Below are positions 41,365 to 57,190 of a stretch of DNA of 64,000 nt, in pieces. The notes under the pieces are model-generated. The model worked only from the letters and a program-made list of their open reading frames with translations, had not been told where the DNA came from and did not search any database. Position 1 is the stretch's first letter; each line of letters starts with the position of its first letter. The DNA comes from the human T2T-CHM13v2.0 reference genome, Homo sapiens, in the NCBI RefSeq assembly GCF_009914755.1, contig NC_060926.1. One strand, written 5' to 3'. The translations under genes and the position numbers were made by a program.

Positions 41365-41595
41365 TTACTTATTGAAGCCTTTGTCTGTGACAAGCACTTT
41401 ACTTCTCTCATCTGATTTAGTCCCCATGTTAACTCAGCAAGGCAAGAATATCTCCATTTTATAAATGAGAAGACTGAGATTCAGAAGTATTATATGAAAT
41501 GGTCAAGGTCACCTTCCTAGCAAGTGGCAGAGTGAAAATTCAAACTCAGGTTACCTAAATCCCATCTACATGCCCCTTTCACTATATAATACTGC
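41365..41595 (-). mobile_element. MIR
   Basis: CCATTTTATAAATGAGAAGACTGAGATTCAGA...CAAGGTCAC...CTAGCAAGTGGCAGAG. Confidence 0.8.
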
Positions 41596-42381
41596 TTGAA
41601 TTAATAGTTAATAGGCACTATCCTGTCCTCTGGGACTTGTGGAGACAACTATTTCAGCAATGTGGCACTTATCAAAGAGAACCTCTATGGAAGTGAGGTT
41701 CCTCCAAATGTAGGTGGAATCTCTTATTTCACCTCCAAATTCACCTCCAAATTCACCTCCAAATGTAGGTGAATTTTAGAGAAAACCCAGAGAGACAAGC
41801 TGGATGTGACCCTAGCTGCTGCAGCCAATGGAGACTTTTAAGAGTGAGAAGAAGGAAACAAACTTGGAAAAAAAGACTTCTGAGCAAAAATCAATGAAAA
41901 GAGATAGTCTTATAAAAACCCTGGTCACGCAGTACCAGAAGGCAGTTTGCATTCATTTTAACAGAGGAGTTGTAGACCATGTAAGCCTTAGAAGAACTAT
42001 GTCGTAATTTGTAAGGCTAGGAGCATTAGCACAAAAGAAATATACTTGATTCATCTTGACAAGTTCAAGACCTTGCTTTGCACATGAGACTGAAAGCTCT
42101 CAGTCACTGGTACATAACCAATGATAGAAGAAAATGACCAGTCCATCAGAGCTTGACAGGGATCCACATGGAGTCCCTACAGTGGAGCAGAAGATGCTGC
42201 TGAGCCAGATACTGATACAAGGGGACTCAGAGCAGGACCAAATGTGAAGCCCAGCCATTCTTCAACGACTGAAACCCAGCCATTCTTGTCTAAAGATTCA
42301 ACCAATCCCATCTCATGAGAAGGAACTGGGAATTAATGTGCCAAAACTACATCCTAATTGATCTATAATATCATTAGAAGT

Positions 42382-43072
42382 TGTGATGGTTAATACTGAG
42401 TGTCAACTTGATTAGTTTGAAGGATGAAAAGTATTGTTCCTGGGTGTGTCTGTGAGGGTGTTGCCAAAGGAGAATAACATTTGAGTTAGTGGACTGGGAG
42501 AGGCAGACCTACTTCTTCTGTCTGTTTTATTCTAGCCACACTGGTAGCTGATTAGATGGTGCCCACCATCTAATGAGTACACCACCCACTCAATCCGGGT
42601 GGGCACCATATACTCAGCTGCCAGTGAGGCTAAAATAAAGCTGCACTGGTGCCCACCAACTCAATCTGTGTGGGCACCATCTAATCAGCTGCTGGTGTGG
42701 CTAGAATAAAGCAGGCAGAAGTTGGAAAAAGTGGACTTGCTAAGTCTTCTAGCTTCCGTCTTTCTCCCGCACTGGATGCTTCCTGCCCTCGATCATCAGA
42801 CTACAAGTTCTTCAGCTTTTGGATTCTTGGATTGACATCAGTGATTTGCCAGGAGCTCTTGGGTCTTTGGCCACAGACTGAAGGCTGCACTGTTGGCTTC
42901 CCTACTTTTGAGGTTTTGGGATTCAGACTGGCTTTCTTGCTCCTCGGCTTGCAGACAGCCTATCGTGGAACTTCACCTTGTGACCATCTGAGTCAATTCT
43001 CCTAATAAACTCCCCTTCATATATACATCTATCCTATTAGCTCTGTCCCTCTAGAGAACCCTGATTAATACA
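42382..43072 (+). mobile_element. MLT2A2-like ERVL solo LTR with internal rearrangement
   Basis: TGTGATGGTTAATACTGAGTGTCAACTTGATT...CTAGAGAACCCTGATTAATACA; 5-bp TSD GAAGT at 42377-42381 and 43073-43077. Confidence 0.93.
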
Positions 43073-43138
43073 GAAGTTCATGTATATATGTATACTTGAG
43101 TATAAGTCATTTTCAAAACTTTACATGGTTTAACCTGT

Positions 43139-43501
43139 TGTATTAGTCTGTTCTCATGCTACTAATAAAGACATATCCAACACTGGGTAATTTATAAAGG
43201 AAAGAGATTTAATTGACCCACAAGTCCAACATGGCTAGGGAGGCCTCACAATCATGGCAGAAGGCAAATGAGGAGCAAAGTCACGCCTTACATGGCAGCA
43301 GGCAGGAGAGCTTGTGCAGGGGAACTTCCATTTATAAAACCATCAGATCTCATGAGACTTAATCACTACCACAAGAACAGTATGAGAGAAACTACCCCCA
43401 GGATTCAATTACCTCCCACTGAGTCCCTCCCAGGACACACGGGGATTATGGGAACTACAATTCAAATGAGATTTTGGTGGGGACACAGCCAAACTATATC
43501 A
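43139..43501 (-). mobile_element. THE1 (C-like) MaLR solo LTR
   Basis: TGTATTAGTCTGTTCTCATGCT...GGGGACACAGCCAAACTATATCA; TSD CCTGT/CCTAT. Confidence 0.93.
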
Positions 43502-44086
43502 CCTATTTATCCGATTTTTTAGTTTTTAGTCTTCATAAAATCACAAGCTAAAGATTACTGTAAGTAAAAATTAAACAAAAGTACTGAATTAAATGCACCC
43601 AAATGATAGTTGAAGGTGTCATTCTGATACCCAGATTGGGGTAGGACACATATAATAACATCTAACCTTTCGTTGAGTGTCCACTAGGTTTCAACAATCC
43701 TAATCCTTAAAATAATCCTACAAATAAATATTAATATCATGCTTTATGTAGGAAAGAAAGCTAAATTTAAGAGAAATTAAGAGACTCTCTCAAGATTTTT
43801 CAGTTACTGCTTGTAGGATCAAGATTTAGATCCAAAAACAGGCTTTAAAGTCCATGCCATTGTCACACTGCAAGTTACCCACCCCCACAAGATTATGCAT
43901 CAATACCCAGAGAGTGGACCTAAGCATTGACAATTATCAGGTGCTTTTGCTACCTTTTATTTAAGAAACAAGTCTGAAATCTAACCACAAAATGTTTCAA
44001 TACTTCATAATTTCCCTAAGATCAGGAATCAACAAAAAAGGAAGATGAGTGAAAATATAGTCAATGAACTTCAGAATGAAGCTGTG

Positions 44087-44442
44087 TGATATGGCTTGGC
44101 ACTGTGTCCCCACCCAAATCTCACCTTGAAGTGTCATAATCCCCACGTGTCAAGGGTGGGACCAGGCGGAGATAGTTGAATCATGGGGGCAGTTCTCCCT
44201 GTGCTGTTCTCGTGGAGGTGAATGAGTACTCATGAGATATGATGGTTTTATAAGGGGCTTCCCCCTTCAATCGGCACTCATTCTCTCTTCTGCTGCCCTG
44301 TGCAGAGGTGCCTTCTGCCATAATTGTAAGTTTCCTGAGGCCTCCCTAGCCATGTGGAACTGTGAGTCAATTAAACCACTTTCTTTATAAATTACCCAGC
44401 CTTGGGTATTTCTTCATAGCAGCCTGAGAATGAACTAATACA
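44087..44442 (+). mobile_element. THE1D/MST-like MaLR solo LTR
   Basis: TGATATGGCTTGG...CCCCACCCAAATCTCACCTTGAA...GAACTAATACA; TSD CTGTG/CTATG. Confidence 0.92.
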
Positions 44443-44494
44443 CTATGTTTAACGATACATAATGGTAAAATGAGTGATTAATTCAAATTACATT

Positions 44495-45250
44495 GTAGAA
44501 TAATCAATCTAACATGATGTCTGGTATCTAATAAAATGTCCATCATTTTTTATTAATTCTGAGATGAGCCTGCTTTTGTGTTTTTGCATTATAAAATCAG
44601 AATGCATCTCACAATTGCTATCAGTCAGGTAAAATTGCAAAGTAGTTATCATCACCTGCACATCTTTGAGTTCAGTTGTCATTCCTAGTGACCCAACTGG
44701 ACAATCACAACCCATCAATATTTCTGTCAACAAACCATTTCAGGCCCACTTAAGGAAAAAATATGAGTCCTGGCTATTATGTGAAAATATTCTATTGGTA
44801 CCTCAGATAGTCAAGTAAGCACAGGCATCAAATCTTTCAACTAAGGATCAACTGCTTCAAAGAAAATCCCAGAGACAATACTGGAGCATTCTTTTAAGAA
44901 GTTCTTCATCATTAACACTCTGAATGGCACAGAGGATGGCAGTGTGAGGAAAATCATGAACCCCAGCAACTGAGCCAACAGGATTTCCAGAGAATTGGAG
45001 TCTGCATGTGAACAAATTTTAGGAATGCCTCAGCCATTTTTACTTTATTTTCCTTTTCCTTTTGATGTGTACACAGAATGAAGTATCAATTCTAAAAATA
45101 TTTTCATAATTAAGTCTTAAAATAACTCTCCACTATGTATAAACTAAAAATCCTAACAAGCATCATGGGTGTGTGCACACGTGTGTGTGAGAGAGATACA
45201 AAATAAGGTACACTTTTCAATTGACAAGGTCTCAGATTTTATAAAATTTG
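44495..45250 (+). mobile_element. Tc2/pogo-family DNA transposon fossil (Kanga-like) with transposase remnant
   Basis: 44675+ translates VVIPSDPTGQSQPINISVNKPFQAHLRKKYESWL and ~44850+ KKIPETILEHSFKKFFIINTLNGTEDG, resembling pogo DDE motifs (QPLDxxVNKPF; SFKKCxIxNxLDGTEDD); boundaries approximate. Confidence 0.7.
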
Positions 45251-47065
45251 TAAGATTTCCAAATATTTAAGAAATATATTTCAGTCTTATTTCTGTTTCT
45301 CTGTGTGTGGCTGTATTTTTTCAAGCATAGTCTCCAAAATGTTTACATCTTTTAAAGAGACATCAGCTATCAGCCTCAACGTTGGAAGATGTTTAACCCT
45401 GTGTTTAGATTTTTTAAAAAACTATTTCATTTAGGCCTGAATAGACTTACCAAAAAATGTGGCTTCATCATATTTCTCATTATATAATATTCATAGAACA
45501 ACCATCATGCACTCCAAGATGCTGTACGGAATGCAAAGAATATACCTCTTTCTAAAAAGCTTACCTTCCAAGACTATGTCCACAGGATGGGTAGATCTAC
45601 TTTCTGTTGAACATTTGCCTCATCAAATGACCAGTAATAATGCAAATAATTAGCATAAATATATACCAATTAGTAATATTTACATATACTACGTTGGTAT
45701 ATGTAAGTATTCGGTGTCTCTGTTCAAATGCTACAGGTTAATTCCTTTTAGGAGATTTGAAGCTATAGTTTTCAATTCCAGAATTGGAAATAAGACAGAA
45801 AATTTGACAGTGAGGAAAGAAAAGTCTACATGGGAAAGAGAAATTATATGTCTCAATTTCAGTGGAATGAAGATAAAAATTAATATATGATGTTGTCAAC
45901 CTTGACCCATGCTCCTTCCACTCCATATATTTAAAAAAATTGTCTTTGCCCACTCGGCTTTACCTGTACATTTTCCACCCCATAGGAGTTTCCTTTTTAC
46001 CAGCCTACTTCCAGGCTTTTATGAGGCCTATGAGGCCAGGTAAGACAATTACAACAAGACACAGGATCAAGGAAATGAGAGGAAAAGGGAGGATAAGAGA
46101 GTTTAGAAAAGGAGAAAAAAGGTAATTTATTAAATTAGCTGAATTGTAAACATTGAAATCAATGAAAAAATCCAAACATAATTTAGAGTGTATAATTTTA
46201 AAAAGTCAAAATGTGGATCTCGGTTAGTGTCTGGCCTTCTCTTTTTCAGTAGTATTGTTTCCATAATAGTCCATTTCGCAGAAATAAGAAGGAGAATAAA
46301 ACTTAGAGAAAAAGAGGAGGCCAAAAGGGGCAAGGTAGTGGCTACTTGCAGAAACCTGAAAAATATGTGTGACAAAGGTAAGTTTGAGTTACAAAGAAAA
46401 AGCAACAGCAACTTCCCCCTCTGGTCTTTCAGGTGTTATCTAACATCCATCACACTTATCAAGTAGAAACCTTTTTTAGAAGGTAAGTAGAAAAAAAAGG
46501 ACAACTGAGTTATTCAATCATGTCTTGGCCGGTGGAGCATGGGGTTGGGAAATTAGGTGGAAGGGCGATAGTCTACCTTTACAGTAAACCGGGCAATTTT
46601 CCTCTTCCAAACAGATCTTCCTTATTAGAAAATGTTTCTAAAATAACTGTAAATATGACTTTCTAAATGATAACATAATATAAAATGGGGACTGAGGGGA
46701 AATAGCCTACATTTTACTAAAGAATTGTATTTATTTGTTATTTAGGAAAGAAACATGGAGAGTTGTTTCTGCAGAGATGTGTGGGGGAGCATATTACATG
46801 CAAAAGCATAAAAAATGCTTCTAGTTTCAAGATGTTGCAAATATGCCTGCTTGGCTGCAAACTAAATAGGTATTTATATGTGGTAATAATTTAGGTAATT
46901 TATTGTTGATTTTGAGAATCAGAAAGACACGGGGTAATCCCAGGTTACATATCAAAAGTGGAATGATTACCAATTAAAATTTACCATCCTAATTCCATTC
47001 TGAAAGACAGTCATAAGCTAAGAAGAAAAAGATTCACGATGCACATATTAAAAATATGAAAATGA

Positions 47066-47425
<360 letters not shown>

Positions 47426-48624
47426 TCAACTTTCATTGAAAAACTTGGAGTCCTAGCAAATGACTTGGAGTTGTGTCCAATTACCAAGTTACATACTGTT
47501 GCCAAAATTCAGCTCTCTTCCCCAGAGGCATTAACTGAGATTATAGGAAACGCACAGCAAAATTGACGATGCAGCTTTTTACCTTTTTAAGAGGATTAAA
47601 ATAGAATTTGGTTGTTTTTAATAAGCTTTTATGTGTATTATGTGTCTGCGTGTATATATTGGGTACACACACGTATGTATCTCTATGTATATTTTTATAT
47701 GTAGATAAGTTGTGCCTATCTCCTTTGGACTCTAACAACTAAAATGTAATAAATCAACCTTTTGTGCACTAACAAATTTAAGGCTTGACTACTCCACACA
47801 CTCTGGTTTTAGCACTTACTGGAATCAAATCATAAATACCCTTAATTTTATTAAAATGCAGTTGTTATTTTCCTTTTGCTCTGGCTTATGATGATATAAT
47901 ACCAAAAATCAACATACTGTTTCATATCACCCACTTTCAAAACTATATTTCAGATATGGTAATAGAAAAGCTTCTTTCTATACTGGCATCTACTCCAGTT
48001 TTCAAAAGCAAATACATAAAGGACATGTTTCAAGAATGAAAAGATGATATAAGCTAAAATAAATAAGTTATTTCTAAGACATAAGTAATAATTGCAATGT
48101 AAGTTATATAAGTCTCAGTGACAGTACTCTGGCAAAGACATCCATTTATCAGTCGAAGCAAGTAATTCCATGTTCTGTGAATGGCAGAATGAGACCAGGT
48201 TCGACTGATTTATGAAGTGATTTTTTTTTTCCATTCTACTGAATGATTGAGACAAAGGACCTGCAGCAGTGGTGGTTCATATTTTCTGTTGAAGTGCCAA
48301 TTTTTTGTATTACTTTTGTTTTGTTTCTAGTGGAGACATTGTTGTCTCATTCACCTACCTATGTTGAATAAGAAATTAAAGTTTAACTCTAGGCTATTCA
48401 GGATGAATGGCCCCAAGAAAGTAATTGAATAATTCCTATCTTTCTTACATCCTGCTTTGAGTGTCATATATGGGAAAAGTATTTATCTTTGTATATTCTT
48501 TTAAGTCCAGCATGATCCCTAGGATGTAGGAGGCACTAAAAAGAAATTGTAGAATCAAGTTGAAATGGCCTCTAAACCTGCTGGATAGGCAGCAAACTGT
48601 GATGGGGAAGCAAAAAACCACAAT

Positions 48625-48765
48625 CTCATAATCCTGACTTGGGCACTTACAGGCCGGGTAGACTATGGGCAGACTCAGTTTGTTCACCTGTCAAATGGTA
48701 ATAACCAGTTTCTACCTTATAGGGCTGAAATGGGGATTAAATAACACAGTGCATGTAAATTGCCA
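48625..48765 (+). mobile_element. MIR fragment
   Basis: CTCAGTTTGTTCACCTGTCAAATGG...CTACCTTATAGGG...GGATTAAAT. Confidence 0.7.
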
Positions 48766-48844
48766 GTTACCAAAACAAGGAGGATGGGTCAGGCTATCAC
48801 TAGGTTTAAGTAAGGGGCCATCTCCAAGGAAGAGAATGGTCTAG

Positions 48845-49172
<328 letters not shown>

Positions 49173-50144
49173 CCTTCTTCTAACTTTTATATAGGCAAGT
49201 GGATTCCAAGTGTTGCTTTTAAAGGCACATAAACACAAAACACACACACGGGCACACACACATACAACAATCCCAAAAGGCAGCCTGAAGCCAGAAGGAA
49301 ATGAAAGGTGGATAGAGACAAGGCCCATCTGTCAATTTATCTTGGCCATAAACACGGGCCTTGAGATGGCCTCCATATTTTTGCTAATGCTTTTTTGTTC
49401 TTGTTTCCCCTCACTCTGCAGCCCCACATCAACTGGGAGAACCACTTCATCCCCTCCCCACCAGCTGCTGCCCAACTCACTGCTTAACCAATCATCATTA
49501 CAGCCATATAAGGACTCCCCAGAAAGTCAAGGCTCAGGACATCACTCTTAATTCTGTTCTTCTCAGAGTGCGGTACCAGTGCCCCCAGGTGGATCACTAC
49601 ATGGAGAGTACAAAGAGCCTCAGACAAAAGCATGGAGTATCTTTTATTTAAGGATTTGGACTACAGAGGAATATCTTTACACTAAGACAAATACAGACAT
49701 ATTATGGAGTAGAATGTAATATTGTCATGAATTTTTCAGACAAAATAATGGATGTTAAAGAAAATTCAAGCAAACTGAGAGAGGGCGGAGCCCAAGGCTA
49801 GGTCCTAAATGCCCCCATTTCCCAACTCACGAGTATACATACTTCCTTCCCTTGGTCATTCAGAGTAATTTTCAGACAAAGACTGAGAAGCAGTGCCTAG
49901 CACATTTTCTTAGATAGACTTCTAAATGTTTCATAAGAAAGTGGGTGTTCTAAGGAAAAAGCTGTGCCCCTGAAGGTAGAATCTCATCGCGCTAAACAGT
50001 ATAAGAATGTCTAATTCATCACATTTGCCATCTAGATCTATTTTCAATTGCAGATTGATAACATATATTAATAGCATTAATTTTAAAGCTACTAGAAAGT
50101 CTATCCGGTAAAAAATACCACATGTAACCACAAATATCTAATAG

Positions 50145-50532
<388 letters not shown>

Positions 50533-50674
50533 AATGTTACATATTCTTAATAAAATAAGTTAACAAACATCCCATTCATGCAGCAAACTATTGAGAAGCT
50601 ACTATGTGCAAATAATTTTGGTTCATACAAAGTGAAATAAAATGTGGGGTTTTCTTTCAAGATATCCACAATCT

Positions 50675-50998
50675 AAGCCCTGTGAAACAGAATGTAAATC
50701 ACATACATAATTTTAAATGTCTTGATAGCCATATTCATAAAAGGAAAAATAAGTAACATTAATTTTAATAATTTGGTATTAATTTCAATAATATATTTAT
50801 TTAACCCAGTATGTCCAAAATGTCATCATTTCAACATATAATCAACAAAAAAAGTATCATTAAGACATTTTACATTCTTTTATTATAGTGAGACTTCAAA
50901 ATGTATTTTACACTTGCAATACATCTCATTTGGACTAGCCGTGTTGCAAATGATCAAAAGCCACATGTGACCAGTGGTTACTATATTGGACAGCACAG
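50675..50998. mobile_element. MER33-like hAT-Charlie DNA transposon
   Basis: TTTAACCCAGTATGTCCAAAAT...GGACTAGCC...AGCCACATGTGACCAGTGGTTACTATATTGGACAGCACAG terminus. Confidence 0.8.
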
Positions 50999-51259
50999 AA
51001 ATGAATCATTAATAAATACTGATTAAGCCCATAATTTAAAAATTGCAGCTGCAATACCAGTTCCTGAAGATACAGTGGTAAATGAGATGTTATCCCTGTC
51101 CTCACAGAGCACACATTCTGGCAAATGATGACAAAGAATAAGTAAAAGATAACTATAATACAAATGGTGAGTGTTACAGGAAACAAGCCCAGGAGTGGTG
51201 TAGAGACTGCTCGGTGGGAATGGGGTTGAGAGCCTGTTAAGGGATGGGGTAAAGCGTTC

Positions 51260-51647
51260 TGTATTAGTCCATTCTCATGCTGCTAAAAAGGCATACCTAA
51301 GACTGGGTAATTTATGAAGAAAAGAGGTTTAACTGACTCACAGTACTGCAGGCTGTACAGGAGGCATAGTGGGGGAGGCCTCAGTAAACTTACAATTATG
51401 GCAGAAGGCAAAGGGGAAGCAAGCACAACTTCATATGGTAACGGGAGAGAGAGATCAATGGGGAAAGTGCCACACACACTTAAATAATCAGATCTCCTGA
51501 GAACTCACTCAGTATCACTATAATGGCAAGGGGAAAATCCGTCCCCATGATCCAATCACCTCCCACCAGGTCCCTCTCCCACTATTAGGAATTACAATTC
51601 TACATGAGATTTTGGTGGGGACACAGAGCCAAACCATAACCATATCA
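51260..51647 (-). mobile_element. MSTA-like MaLR solo LTR, inside an L2 remnant
   Basis: TGTATTAGTCCATTCTCATGCTGCT...AGGCTGTACAGGAGGCAT...GGGGACACAGAGCCAAACCATA. Confidence 0.9.
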
Positions 51648-51715
51648 GGCTCTATTTTAAATGGAGTGGCTAGGGGAAGATGTCTATGAAAAAATAGCAT
51701 TTAAAGCAGAGAACT

Positions 51716-52212
51716 TGCATTAGTTTTCTATTGCTGTTGTAAGAAATAACTAGAAACCTCACGGCTTAAAGCCACATAAACTGATTACCTTACAGTTCTA
51801 GAAGCTCGAAGTCTGAAATGGGTCTTATGGGGCTGAAGTCAAGATGCTGGCAGGGCTGTGTTTCTTTGGAGGCTCTAGAAGAGAATCCATTCCTTTCCTT
51901 TTCAGTGTCTAGAGGCTGCCTGCAGTCCTCAGCTCATCACCACCTTTGTCCTCAAAGCCTAAAAGCTCCTCAACCCAGCTTCTATTTTCACATCTCCTTT
52001 GCTGACTGACTCTCCTGCCTCCCTCTTTTGCTCATAATGACTATTATGATTAAACTGTCCCCAGCCGGATAATCCAGGCATATCTTTTCATCTCAATATC
52101 CTTGACTTAATCACATCTACAAAGTTCCTTTTGCCATGTAAGGTAATTTATTCACTGGTTCCTGGAGATTAGGACATGAACGTCTTTGGGAGGCCACCAT
52201 TTGCCTGCCATA
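51716..52212 (-). mobile_element. MLT1C/D-like MaLR solo LTR
   Basis: TGCATTAGTTTTCTATTGCTG...GGAGGCTCTAG...TCCTTTTGCCATGTAAGGTAA...GATTAGGACATG. Confidence 0.85.
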
Positions 52213-52794
52213 GACCTGCAGGATACAAAGGAGTGGAAAAAGAGTGTTTCTATCTAGACTCTAGAGTAAGAAAGAACTTGGCAAATTCAAGGAACTGAAG
52301 GAAGATCCATGTTACGGTAGTACAGAATGCAAGGGGAAGAATGGTGCAAGACAAGGCTGGGAGCAGGGTAGGGGCCAGAACACACAGGGCCTTTTAGGCC
52401 ATGTTAAAGAATTTGAGTTCATTCTATTACAACTGGGAGCTAGTTGAGGCTTTTAAGAGATTATTACCAAATAATCTAAGCAGTAGAATCAAATATCAAG
52501 TAATCTAAGCAAATTTAAGCAGTAGAGGTTATTATCAAATAATCTAGCTTATGTAATAATTGAATTAGTTTGGCTGCTGGAGGAGAATGAGTCAAAGTGG
52601 AACATAAATGGAAGTGAGAGGACCAATGAAGGCTGATGCCAAACTATTCAAGACAATGGCAGTAGATAAGGACAGAAGTAGCCCAGTTGATTATAGTGCT
52701 AGTCATAAAGGTTACTGTTTATCAAAACTTGAACTGTATGCTTAATATTATGCACTTGATTGCAAGCAACTTTTTAAATATCATAAAATCATGA

Positions 52795-55587
<2,793 letters not shown>

Positions 55588-55668
55588 ATAAAATTATGAA
55601 GTTAGATTTTTCTCTTTTATAAAAAGAAGAAACGACTTCTGGCTTTATGAGTGTGAAGAGCAACCTGT

Positions 55669-55729
55669 CTCCCACAACACATGGGATTTCAAGATGAGAT
55701 CTGGGTGGGGACACAGCCAAACCATATTA
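55669..55729 (-). mobile_element. THE1 LTR terminal fragment (~60 bp)
   Basis: CTCCCACAACACATGGGATTTCAAGATGAGATCTGGGTGGGGACACAGCCAAACCATAT. Confidence 0.8.
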
Positions 55730-55869
55730 CCATGGCACGTTGTACATAATACTGTGATGGCGTTGATCTCATTCCATCAACCTACTTGTCCTGTCCTTCC
55801 CTCAGAGCTCAATATTGTACCCAATTGTCACACAGTTTCATCTTGGGATGAAAACTCTATTGGACTCAC

Positions 55870-56320
55870 CTTCATTCATTCATTCATTTATATATTAATT
55901 CTACAAACAACTATTGAATGTCTGCAACATGGATTATACTGTGTAGGCATTGGGGACCGAATGGTCAGCAAAAACAGAAAAAATCCCTATGCTAATGCAG
56001 TGTAGAGTCTAGTGAGAAAGACTGGCTTTGATCAAATGATCACTGTTACCTGTAAAATTATGTCAGTTATAAGAATTATGAAGATTTTTGTGCTATGAGA
56101 ATATGTAGTAAAGTATTAGCAGGTCATGGAACGTTTCCCTGAAAAAGTAAGGCTGGTTCTAAGATCTGAAGGACACATAGGACCTAATAAGATAAAAGCA
56201 AAGAAAGAAAACCTAACAGTCAAAGGGAATGATATATACAAAGGCCGTAACACAGGAAAAAAAAAAAAAAAGGCAACTTGCTCCTTGAACTGAAGGCCGC
56301 TATGGCTGGAACACAGAAAA
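55870..56320 (-). mobile_element. L2 3' end
   Basis: TTCATTCATTCATT...TATTGAATGTCT...TAGGCATTGGGGA...AGTCTAGTG. Confidence 0.75.
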
Positions 56321-56419
56321 CTCTGTGCAGAAATAATCCCCTTACTCGTCAGACCACTATCTTGACCCAAAATGAATATGATCCTGTTCATATAGTAAAA
56401 CCCATACTGATAATATTGG

Positions 56420-56620
56420 CCACTATTAATGGGGCATTTACTATGTACTAGTCCATATTTAAAATATTTTATATGTATTAAGTCATTAAATCCTCACCAC
56501 AATTCTATTAAGGAAATGTTGCTATTATTCTCCCACTTTATAAATAAGAAAACTGAGACACAGGGATAGGTAGCGTGCCCACGTTGTAGAGCCCAGATTT
56601 GAAACAAGTATCCTGAACCT
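56420..56620 (-). mobile_element. MIR
   Basis: CATTAAATCCTCACCACAA...CCCACTTTATAAATAAGAAAACTGAGACACAG. Confidence 0.75.
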
Positions 56621-57039
56621 TATGCTCCTCCTTCCTCACACTCACATGTCACATGTTGAAGGCAGCCTGTCCCCACCTGGCCCCCTGTGTTAGGTAGTTC
56701 TGGGAGTCTCTAGCACAGCTTTCCCTGGGGAAAGGGTGATGACCAGGAACTGTCATTAACAGTCATCAGTGGGTTCAGCAGTTCCTAAGTAGTGTCTAGT
56801 GAGAGGTGAGAATGATTTGTCACCATTTGTTGAAAGAAGGTAAGAAGCACGAATGAATTGAGGCAAGGTCCCAGTCACCCTAGAAAGGTACAGTGGGTGC
56901 TGACAGAGAGCTCAGGCAAATCATCAACACTTGACTCAGTTACTGTCTTTGAGAAAGGTAATGAGGATCTTTATTAAATTGCTGAGAAGGGAGTATGCCC
57001 ACAAGACAAAAGAGATGTTGTAGAAAAATTGCCCCACTT

Positions 57040-57190
57040 GGCAGGCAAGAGACCCAGCTCCTTGTGGCAGCTCTGCCATTGACCTTGGGCAGACACTTAA
57101 CATCCTCAGGCTTTGGTTTTCTTATTTGTAACATGAGAGGACTGGAACAAGTGGTCCCTGCAGGTTCTCACAGCCTCTGGAGTTACTGAG
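57040..57190 (+). mobile_element. MIR/MIR3 fragment
   Basis: CTCTGCCATTGACCTTGGGCAGACACTTAAC...GGTTTTCTTATTTGTAA. Confidence 0.65.

Noticed and set aside
42697-43522. ORFs 42697-43005 and 43268-43522 as retroviral genes
   Set aside because: They lie wholly within solo LTRs and show no gag/pol/env motifs
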